The position numbers and the translations under genes were made by a program. From positions 18,092 through 82,091 of the forward strand of contig JBGTMH010000045.1 in assembly GCA_041743715.1 (NCBI GenBank): 64,000 nt of DNA. Direction: 5' to 3'. The DNA is from Patescibacteria group bacterium. Its GTDB lineage: Bacteria > Patescibacteriota > Microgenomatia > Levybacterales > UBA12049. The notes beneath the pieces were generated by a model that made no database searches, was not told the origin of the DNA, and saw nothing but the letters and a program-made list of their open reading frames with translations. This document shows, one piece after another, positions 25,385 to 32,814 of this stretch. Each line of letters opens with the position of its first letter. Within the stretch, counting starts at the first letter, position 1.

Positions 25385-26921
25385 GGGTAAAGCGCATTAT
25401 ATAAAGTGTCGCACGAAACGGCAAGGGCTCTATTTCATTCAGGGTAATAATATACTTTGGTTTTGCGCGATCGATAGCTTCTTGTGTTTCATTTATTGCG
25501 GCTTTGTTCTGGCTTATGTGATAGGCGACAGTATATTTGTTCGGTGGCAGTTTATTAGAGAGGGCATAAATTTGCGCATTATTACCCCAAATAAAAACAT
25601 TATCTTCTGGCGTTGTATGCGTATTGATAAAAGACGCGACTGCATAATCACGAGGAGTTTTGCGATCGAAAAACGCTTGATAAGATGTGACGTCTTTTTC
25701 CCCTGTGACGAATAGGAGAGTGTTTTGGTAATACGCAATTGTTTTCGTAACACCAAAACGGAACTGAGACATAGTGAGAAACATAACAATTATTATGCAC
25801 AACAGAATGCTAACTCGTTGCGGTTTGGTCCGGCTCGCGAAGAATAATCCTATGAGTAAACAAAAACTTGGAAGCAGGACCAACACATAATGTGTATAAG
25901 GACGTCCCGAAAAAAATGTATTAAAAAGAGAAAACACAACCCAGAGCGCGATAAAGAGTGCTGTATGGGAGAATAATTTTCTTTTAAGGAAAACGATAAG
26001 TAAAACGATGACGAGGAGTAATAGCTTGAGAAGAAGAAACCCTTGAGGTATTCCTAAAAAATTGTTCTGCCAGCCAACATATCCAACATTACCGAAAAAT
26101 GCCGCTTGTATAAAGTCTTTAAGAGCACCGTGAGATGCAAAATAGAGGATGGTGATAAGGAGTGGCAGGAAGAATCCAAAAGTCATTGGCAACACATATT
26201 GAAGTACTTGTTTGAAATGTTTTCGGTTTATTTTTTGTAAGTTCATAGAAAGGACAAATAAGAAGAATGCAGCAAAGTCAAAGAGAGCGACTATTTTAAA
26301 GAGAAAAGCAATACCGAGTAAAAGACCGGCAATGAAAAGTTTCATTTTGTTGTCATTGCGAGCGACTGATAAGGAGCGCGGCAATCCCCAGCTTTTTGGC
26401 AAATCCACAGGGGATTGCTTCGTCGTTCCTTCTCGCAATGACGAAGTATAGACAATCAATCCAGCCATAATGATTGGTAGCAACATGAAATTCTCGGCAT
26501 TGGCAATATTTCCTTCAACGAGTGGCGTTGCAAAGAGCAGTATATAAAGAGAGGTTGTCGCGATGCTTATGCGAAGTGAAGAGAAAAGTTTTTTGGAAAG
26601 CAAAAAGAAAAAAACAACTGAAAGCAAGCCCACAACAAGCGACATGACTCGAACTGTAGTTTGATCACCGTTTGCAACTGCATATACGAGATACAAGAGG
26701 GGAGGTTTGTTGTCCCAAATGTCACGATACAAAAGCCAACCTTTATCAATTGCTTGGCCCATAACTTCATAAATTCCTTCATCTCCGTACCAATACGGTT
26801 CAATCACTGAAGGAAGTCGAAGCAGAAAAAAAATAATACAAAGTACAAGAAGTGACCAAAAAAACTTACTTTTTTCTAAATAGGTGAGGAACTTCATAAT
26901 CTTAAATTTTCCATTGTCCAT
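25350..26921 (-). CDS. GT-C fold glycosyltransferase (ArnT/PMT_2-like, family 39/83-like)
   Basis: 523 aa, polytopic. The first loop YWYGDEGIY / DNKPPL is typical of ArnT/PMT_2 enzymes. It contains the palindromic element at 26352-26442. Confidence 0.7.
   Translation of the reverse strand: MDNGKFKIMKFLTYLEKSKFFWSLLVLCIIFFLLRLPSVIEPYWYGDEGIYEVMGQAIDKGWLLYRDIWDNKPPLLYLVYAVANGDQTTVRVMSLVVGLLSVVFFFLLSKKLFSSLRISIATTSLYILLFATPLVEGNIANAENFMLLPIIMAGLIVYTSSLREGTTKQSPVDLPKSWGLPRSLSVARNDNKMKLFIAGLLLGIAFLFKIVALFDFAAFFLFVLSMNLQKINRKHFKQVLQYVLPMTFGFFLPLLITILYFASHGALKDFIQAAFFGNVGYVGWQNNFLGIPQGFLLLKLLLLVIVLLIVFLKRKLFSHTALFIALWVVFSLFNTFFSGRPYTHYVLVLLPSFCLLIGLFFASRTKPQRVSILLCIIIVMFLTMSQFRFGVTKTIAYYQNTLLFVTGEKDVTSYQAFFDRKTPRDYAVASFINTHTTPEDNVFIWGNNAQIYALSNKLPPNKYTVAYHISQNKAAINETQEAIDRAKPKYIITLNEIEPLPFRATLYIMRFTLEGATIYERSL
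26352..26442. repeat. 91-bp nested palindromic element (GTCATTGCGAG...CTCGCAATGAC) inside the coding sequence
   Basis: Perfect 11-bp outer arms 26352-26362 / 26432-26442. Perfect 9-bp inner arms GCAATCCCC 26381-26389 / GGGGATTGC 26410-26418. The ORF reads through it as SLREGTTKQSPVDLPKSWGLPRSLSVARNDNK. Confidence 0.75.
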
Positions 26922-27015
26922 ATACCATTCTCCATGTTATTTATTAATTGTTCAATAGCATTATTTTCCTAAATAGAAAATCAATGGAAAATGGAACCTG
27001 GAAAATGGAAAATTC

Positions 27016-28509
27016 TTATGCCTTATCTGTCACTTTATATTCTAATCGTTTTCCAAACATTAATTGTGTATGTGAAATAAGTGCCGGAAGCGCGGAAAGA
27101 AAGAAGCCAACAAGCGGCATGAGTAAAAATTCGAATGGAAAAAGAATTTTGCGATAAAGGGGTAAGTGTTTATTTGAAGGACGGTTTTTATAGTCAATAA
27201 ACAGCATTGCCAGGAGGGCGATGAGGGCGATGTTAAGAATGGCTCCCGCTAGTTGCGGCAAAGAAAATCCGAGTGGCTGCCGGGAGAACATAGGATTGAT
27301 AATTGCCATGACATTTGCAGCAATTGTTATTATGAACCAACTACTTGGCCAAAGGATATGGTCTACGAGAACATTTAACATGAGAGCGGTTTTGCGGTAA
27401 AACGGGACACCTGGGACATTGAGCCACCATTTAATAAAAAGAGGATTATCTGATACACCCCATGACCAACGCCGTTCTTGATGATATTTGTTTTTCAGAC
27501 TGTTGATATAGCCTTTTGAAAATGCCGCATCCATAGAAGTTTTGAGGAATATGGGTTCAACCCAAATTTCTCCTTTCTTTTGATAAAAAGCTTTGAAAAA
27601 AATGCGATAATCTTCAGGTATAACATCAACATCCCAAAAATCAATCTCTTTGAGCAGCTTAAATGAAAGCGAGTACGTTGCATGGGTCAGTAAACGGTCT
27701 CCTTGGACGAGTAATGCAATTCGATATAACGTGCCGAAGAATGATGTAACACGGGTAGGTGCTGGCACTTCCCAAATATTATTATGAAAGACAACTGCTG
27801 ACTGCCAGAACTTGTTGTACCGTTTTGGATCAGATAAAAACTTATAGGCAAGATATGCAAAATATTCTTTATGAAAAATAGAGTCGGCATCAACTGATGA
27901 AACGGTTGCATAGTTAATATCTAATGGACCATCCTTAAAGAGTTTTTTATATGCCGCGCGTCCTGCATATGCTTCATTGGATGATTTTCCTTTTACCTCA
28001 CCAGGTACATCGGGATGGTAAGTCGCAAAGATATTGCCAAAGTTGTGTTTATATTCTTTTATTAATATTTCTCCACGTTCTTTTGCTTCTTGTTCCCGCT
28101 CTTCCATAGCCAGGACAATATGGAGTTGCTTTGCAGGGAAGCTCTGTTTGGCAAGAACATCCAAGGTGAGACGGAGTTTTTCAACGGATTCTTTATAATT
28201 GAGGATAATAAGGACATGATGTGTATCATTGATGTGGGGAAGTTCCCGGGCTTTTGCATACCAGTCAGTTTTTTCAGCCGCTCTGATTTTTTTTGATGAG
28301 ATGGAGGCTGTTATCACTAAAAAGAATGATTTATAGAGCCAATAGACATCAAAAAAGAGGATAAAGTAAGCAAGTGCTGTAGGAATAAGAAAGGAGCCCC
28401 AAACTGGAGAAAGAATAATTGTCCAGGCCATAAATCCCGGAAGGAGCTCGAGGAATCGGCGTGTTTTAACAGGATAGCGGGTAAAAAGTTTGTTGAAAAA
28501 GTCGTTCAT
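27016..28509 (-). CDS. Processive-type family 2 glycosyltransferase with flanking TM domains
   Basis: SVDADS (DxD) and YHQERRWSWG (QxxRW) motifs, with 2 N-terminal and ~4 C-terminal TM helices. Start taken at ATG 28509 (MNDFFNK...). Confidence 0.8.
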   Translation of the reverse strand: MNDFFNKLFTRYPVKTRRFLELLPGFMAWTIILSPVWGSFLIPTALAYFILFFDVYWLYKSFFLVITASISSKKIRAAEKTDWYAKARELPHINDTHHVLIILNYKESVEKLRLTLDVLAKQSFPAKQLHIVLAMEEREQEAKERGEILIKEYKHNFGNIFATYHPDVPGEVKGKSSNEAYAGRAAYKKLFKDGPLDINYATVSSVDADSIFHKEYFAYLAYKFLSDPKRYNKFWQSAVVFHNNIWEVPAPTRVTSFFGTLYRIALLVQGDRLLTHATYSLSFKLLKEIDFWDVDVIPEDYRIFFKAFYQKKGEIWVEPIFLKTSMDAAFSKGYINSLKNKYHQERRWSWGVSDNPLFIKWWLNVPGVPFYRKTALMLNVLVDHILWPSSWFIITIAANVMAIINPMFSRQPLGFSLPQLAGAILNIALIALLAMLFIDYKNRPSNKHLPLYRKILFPFEFLLMPLVGFFLSALPALISHTQLMFGKRLEYKVTDKA

Positions 28510-28516
28510 GGAAATT

Positions 28517-28614
28517 AAAGTCAAAATGCAAAAGTCAAAATTGTAAGTTAAAATTCAAAAGTTGTGTTACTTTTTACTTTTGAGTTGCACTTTTGACTTT
28601 TGCATTTTGACTTT
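28517..28614. repeat. Perfect 24-bp inverted repeat separated by 50 bp
   Basis: AAAGTCAAAATGCAAAAGTCAAAA at 28517-28540 is the exact reverse complement of 28591-28614. The spacer holds a further CAAAAGT/ACTTTTG pair. It lies between the tatD stop and the GT2 start, and its right arm supplies the last tatD codons. Confidence 0.8.
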
Positions 28615-29485
28615 TTAATTTACTAAATATAGTATATACATTTCTATCTGTTTGTTCTACAAGTTTTTCATATGATATCCCTTTGAGATCTGCTATGAAT
28701 TTTGCTGTCAGTATAGCATGTTGGGGTATGTTTCTCTGACCTCTGTAAGGGACAGGCGTGAGATATGGCGCGTCAGTCTCAATCACAATTCGGTCAAGAG
28801 GGGTCATCAGTGCCAGTTCTCTCAGTTCTACTGTCTCTCTTGGTGCTAAGCCTTTGTAAGTGATATTCCCATCAAACCCGATACAAAATCCCAATTCTAA
28901 AGTATTTTTCAGAAATTCCCGGTCTCCTGCGAAGCAATGAAACATACCTGGAGGATCTAAAAGTAACTTTTTATGGTGACGGAGAATTTCGATTACATTC
29001 CGCCCTGCGTGACGGTTATGAATTTGCAGTGGGAGGCGACTATGATGTGCGAGCTCAATTTGTGCTTCGAAAATCTCTTTTTGCAATTTTGGATCAACAA
29101 TGCCATTTGATTTATAAGAAAAGTAATCCATGCCGATCTCTCCTATTCCGATCACTTTTGGATGTAAAGTGAGTTTCTTGAGTTCTTTAAGCCAATAATC
29201 TTTGTCTCGTGGAGATGCATCGATTGTTTGATTTGATGGAGTATCCTCAGTTCTCTCAACAACATCTGGATGTTTTTGAATTTTATCAGCATGATGGGGA
29301 TGGATACCGATGATAGCAAAAAGATTGTCGTACTTCTCTGCAAATTCAACAGCCTTTTGACTTGAAGAGAGCTGTGTGCCGGTATTGACGATAGCCGTTA
29401 TACCTTCAGCGAAGGCATTTTTTATCACAGCATCATAATCGTTTTCAAATGCTTTAAATTGGAGATGACAATGGACATCAATCAT
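28574..29485 (-). CDS. tatD: TatD-family metal-dependent hydrolase
   Basis: MIDVHCHL, GIHPHHA, IGEIGMDY, LQIHNRHA, HCFAG, ETDAPYLTP. The C-terminal SQNAKVKSATQK tail is read from the palindrome. Confidence 0.85.
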   Translation of the reverse strand: MIDVHCHLQFKAFENDYDAVIKNAFAEGITAIVNTGTQLSSSQKAVEFAEKYDNLFAIIGIHPHHADKIQKHPDVVERTEDTPSNQTIDASPRDKDYWLKELKKLTLHPKVIGIGEIGMDYFSYKSNGIVDPKLQKEIFEAQIELAHHSRLPLQIHNRHAGRNVIEILRHHKKLLLDPPGMFHCFAGDREFLKNTLELGFCIGFDGNITYKGLAPRETVELRELALMTPLDRIVIETDAPYLTPVPYRGQRNIPQHAILTAKFIADLKGISYEKLVEQTDRNVYTIFSKLKSQNAKVKSATQK

Positions 29486-29489
29486 AAGT

Positions 29490-29560
29490 AGGAATCAGGA
29501 AGTATGAATCATGAATTAGGGTTTCTTTTCCCTGATTCCTAATTCCTTATTCATGATTCA
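29490..29560. repeat. Interleaved inverted repeats (A-B-A'-B') between metG and tatD
   Basis: A AGGAATCAGG 29490-29499 pairs with A' CCTGATTCCT 29531-29540 (10 of 10). B TGAATCATGAAT 29504-29515 pairs with B' ATTCATGATTCA 29549-29560 (12 of 12). Confidence 0.7.
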
Positions 29561-29561
29561 A

Positions 29562-30998
29562 CTATATTCTAGGAAATAAAGGCTTTTCACTTTTTATTTT
29601 CGGTCCCTTGAACTGTTCTGCGATATGTTTTGCAGTTTCTGGTAGAAAGGGTTGCAAGAGATATGCTGTTTCTTGAATTTGGTCCACACAATGTGCGAGG
29701 ACACTTGATGCGCGGTCGGTGTTGGTTTTAACCAGTGTCCATGGTTTTTCTTCATTAATGAAGCGATCAAGAGCGGAGATCTTTTCCCATATATAACTGA
29801 GTGCTTCATTAAATTTATATTCTTCAAGCGCTTTCATGTACGATTCATCACTGAGCACATGTTCGCTCAAATGATCGTTTGAGCCCATATGAGTATAATC
29901 CATTGTTTCGCAAAGCTTTGCTACCCGTGCAACCACATTGCCAAGTCCATTTGCTAAGTCGGAGTTGTAGGCTTTTTTAAACTTATCCCATGAAAAATCA
30001 CTATCTTCCCAAGGATGAAGTTTGGCAAGCAGATAGTAACGTAACGTATCTGTCCCATATTTCTCAGTTACCTCAATAGGGTCAATGGTATTACCGAGGC
30101 TTTTACTAATTTTCTGTCCGTCTACTGTCAAAAATCCATGGATAAATATTTGTCTGGAACTGGGTAAGTTCGCTGACATAAGCATTGCTTGCCACATAGC
30201 TGCTTGTTGACGTACCTGATCTTTTCCAGCAAATTGTACTCCTGGCCAATATGTTTTGAAGTTCTTTTGATTCTTAGGCCATCCGATGGTCGAAATATAG
30301 TTAATGAGTGCGTCAAACCAGACATACATAACATGATCCGGATCACCAGGGACATCGATTCCCCAGGGCATTTTTGCTTTCACCCGAGAAATGCTAAAGT
30401 CCTGTAAGCCTTTTTTAACAAAATTTGTAATTTCATTGAGCTTGCTCTCAGGTAACACAAAATCGGGGTTTTTCTTATAAAGCTCAAGGAGTTTCTTCTC
30501 GTAACGAGAAAATCGGAAAAAGTAGTTTTCTTCTTCATAATTTTGCATTTCTTGTTTGGGATGCAAAGGGCATCTGCCATCTACCAGTTCAGAATCTGTT
30601 TTTTCCAATTCACAACCAACACAATATTTGATTTTATAAAGTTTTTTGTAAATATCGCCATTTGCCAAACATATTTTCCAGAACTCTTTTGCTGCTTCAA
30701 TATGGTATTTATCGGTTGTACGAATAAAATTCGTATAACTTAAGTTAAGCGCATCCTTTAAGGCATCAAACGTTGCTGCATACTTATCACAGTAATCCTG
30801 AGGCGACATGTCTGATTCCAATGCTTTCTCATAAATCTTGAGACCGTGTTCATCTGTGCCAAAATTAAAAATAACATCATCTCCTTTAATCCGATGGTAA
30901 CGGGCGATAACATCTGCTTGAATGATTTCTAGCGCGAATCCAATATGCGGTTCAGCATTGACATAAGGAAGAGTCGTGGTGAGATAAAATTTTGTCAT
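29562..30998 (-). CDS. metG: Methionine--tRNA ligase
   Basis: TTTLPYVNAEPHIGF (HIGH-type), CxxC...C zinc knuckle, KISKSLGN (KMSKS). Start moved to ATG 30998 because the ORF-track extension MLKQVQHDKKP is read from the palindromic element. Confidence 0.9.
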   Translation of the reverse strand: MTKFYLTTTLPYVNAEPHIGFALEIIQADVIARYHRIKGDDVIFNFGTDEHGLKIYEKALESDMSPQDYCDKYAATFDALKDALNLSYTNFIRTTDKYHIEAAKEFWKICLANGDIYKKLYKIKYCVGCELEKTDSELVDGRCPLHPKQEMQNYEEENYFFRFSRYEKKLLELYKKNPDFVLPESKLNEITNFVKKGLQDFSISRVKAKMPWGIDVPGDPDHVMYVWFDALINYISTIGWPKNQKNFKTYWPGVQFAGKDQVRQQAAMWQAMLMSANLPSSRQIFIHGFLTVDGQKISKSLGNTIDPIEVTEKYGTDTLRYYLLAKLHPWEDSDFSWDKFKKAYNSDLANGLGNVVARVAKLCETMDYTHMGSNDHLSEHVLSDESYMKALEEYKFNEALSYIWEKISALDRFINEEKPWTLVKTNTDRASSVLAHCVDQIQETAYLLQPFLPETAKHIAEQFKGPKIKSEKPLFPRI

Positions 30999-31007
30999 AG
31001 GTTTTTT

Positions 31008-31074
31008 GTCATGCTGAACCTGTTTCAACATCTTATCAGTTATAATGAGGATCCGGAAACAAGTTCAGGATGAC
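31008..31074. repeat. 67-bp palindromic element (GTCATGCTGAACCTGTTTC...GAAACAAGTTCAGGATGAC) in the metG 5' region
   Basis: 19-bp arms 31008-31026 / 31056-31074 pair at 17 of 19 positions, with a 29-nt loop. It shares GTCAT/ATGAC termini with the elements at 9451 and 26352. Confidence 0.75.
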
Positions 31075-31121
31075 AATTTATTGTACCATAAACAAAGGCA
31101 TATTGCGAGGCTAATGTGGAT

Positions 31122-31481
31122 TTATTTCCGGTATGAAACAAGTAATTCTAGAGTGAGAAATAATGCAAAAAGTAAAATAAAGAAAAAAGGGTGGGTGAGG
31201 TTATTCAAACGAAAAACAAGATAAATAATAACGAAAGCTGCAATGAGTATCCCGTGCTTCTTGCTTTTAAAAATATACGTTCCGAATGAAAACAGAAAAA
31301 CTGCAAGTAAAATAAAAAAGAGCGGGAAAGGAGAAAGTTGGTTCCATTTAGTCCACGATGTTAAGGGTGGGAAGTCAAGTGTTGCTATCTGTCCATTAGG
31401 TGGGAAGTAATAAATAAGTGATGCAAGTAAGAGAAGACTTGCCATACTCAAGAGTAATAATAGCAGCGGTCGTTTTCTCAT
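31122..31481 (-). CDS. Small hypothetical membrane protein
   Basis: 119 aa with 4 hydrophobic segments. It begins 2 nt downstream of the Cys-rich pilin-fusion gene on the same strand. Confidence 0.5.
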   Translation of the reverse strand: MRKRPLLLLLLSMASLLLLASLIYYFPPNGQIATLDFPPLTSWTKWNQLSPFPLFFILLAVFLFSFGTYIFKSKKHGILIAAFVIIYLVFRLNNLTHPFFFILLFALFLTLELLVSYRK

Positions 31482-31483
31482 GC

Positions 31484-32776
31484 TTATGGGCCAAATTCAG
31501 GTATCCGGAGGATATCAAAGCCTATGACTTGGAGCAAGACAAACGAGAAAATGAGAAAAATAAGTCCCACAATGGCGGCGATTAATTGATCCCGGCCATT
31601 TTGCATTTTTTCAGGATTGCCTTGTGATGTCATCAGCTGGTACCCGGATTTGATAATTAAAAGAAGCGCAATGCCGCCCGACATACTGAGTAGAATAGCA
31701 AAAAGCCGGTTGATAAATCCTCCCGGTTCGGTTTTGAGATTTCCAACTGCTGTTCCGACCTCGGTACATTTTCCATTGTCCCAGGTAACACAAGGAGGTG
31801 ACGGGGGAGGAGGAATCTCTGGTATTCCGCATCGTATTCCTTTGACAGGAGCCCCGCCAAAGATTTTATCTTTAATTTCATAGATTGTCGAGTTTGGGTC
31901 ACTTATACAAGCCAGGCTTTGGGTTTTACAAAAACTTTTTTCCTCTTTACCAAACTGCTCACAAGTAAATCCATTTTTCCCATCGCCAGTTTGGTTAGGG
32001 GTGTCACACCGACACGTAGCTACTGGTCTTTTGCATGATATGCCACTGATATTATACCCTTGATTCCCAGTCAGCTTAGCAATAGCATCGCCAATAATAC
32101 CAGGACCTAATTTATCAAGAAAGCCAGTATAGTTTCCAACGGTATTCACATCAGTTGCTAAATTAGGAGTATTTTGACATTGATCAGTTGCACTTTTACA
32201 AGTTCCCCCTCCAGTCATAGCAGCAGCATCTTCTCCTTCTTTATAGCACTCAAAGAAGTTTTGTTTGTCAGTTCCCTGGGGACCTTTACATTTACAAATT
32301 GCTTTACCTTCCTTTTTCCCAGAGCACATCACTCCCCTAAGCTTGCGAGTGGCGTCAATCTGACCCCCATCTTTTATAGACCCACTGTCTATCTCTGCAT
32401 CAGACGGATTACACGCCATATCTTCGGTTTTGCAGAAATAAGGTTTCCCATCGCACGTAAAGCCGTTATTTCCAACGCCTGTTTGACCTGGTTTTGTGCA
32501 GGTACATTGCTCAAATACTTGCTTGACACACTTGCCTTTCAGAAGTATAGTTGGTTGATCACACCTGAATCCAGGATCACACCTTTGATTAAGCTCAGCT
32601 GAATCACAAGGTTGACCTTCTCCCACTGCTTCAACTGAAGGAATATTTTGGAATAGAGATCCTGCTATAAAAAGGAAAGATAATGTAAAAAGAAAATACT
32701 TCCTCACATATCCAGCATGGCAAAAAAATTGGAGAATTGCAAGAGCGTTACAGTAGTCCTTGACAAGGGTTGGCAC
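31484..32776 (-). CDS. Cysteine-rich secreted domain fused to a C-terminal TrbC/VirB2-like pilin module
   Basis: The C-terminal ~90 aa (GGIALLLIIKSGYQLMTSQGNPEKMQNGRDQLIAAIVGLIFLIFSFVLLQVIGFDILRIPEF) are paralogous to the 100-aa pilin at 38127. The ectodomain has 24 Cys (my count) and three CxC...NGFTC...FCKT...AC modules. The real start may be the internal GTG (VRKYFLF...). Confidence 0.7.
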   Translation of the reverse strand: MPTLVKDYCNALAILQFFCHAGYVRKYFLFTLSFLFIAGSLFQNIPSVEAVGEGQPCDSAELNQRCDPGFRCDQPTILLKGKCVKQVFEQCTCTKPGQTGVGNNGFTCDGKPYFCKTEDMACNPSDAEIDSGSIKDGGQIDATRKLRGVMCSGKKEGKAICKCKGPQGTDKQNFFECYKEGEDAAAMTGGGTCKSATDQCQNTPNLATDVNTVGNYTGFLDKLGPGIIGDAIAKLTGNQGYNISGISCKRPVATCRCDTPNQTGDGKNGFTCEQFGKEEKSFCKTQSLACISDPNSTIYEIKDKIFGGAPVKGIRCGIPEIPPPPSPPCVTWDNGKCTEVGTAVGNLKTEPGGFINRLFAILLSMSGGIALLLIIKSGYQLMTSQGNPEKMQNGRDQLIAAIVGLIFLIFSFVLLQVIGFDILRIPEFGP

Positions 32777-32796
32777 TCGTGTTATATTATTGCTAA
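32760..32796 (+). promoter_or_regulatory. hrcA promoter TTGACA-17-TATATT overlapped by a degenerate CIRCE-like inverted repeat
   Basis: TTGACA 32760-32765 and TATATT 32783-32788. TTGGCACTC-N9-TATTGCTAA at 32770-32796 compares with the CIRCE consensus TTAGCACTC-N9-GAGTGCTAA (1 + 2 mismatches). Confidence 0.55.
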
Positions 32797-32814
32797 TTCT
32801 GCCAATAGGAAGAT

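Noticed and set aside
29562-31031. Longest-ORF start of metG (MLKQVQHDKKP...)
   Set aside because: The extra 11 codons are read out of the left arm of the 31008-31074 palindrome. MTKFYLTTTLPYVN is a normal MetRS N-terminus.
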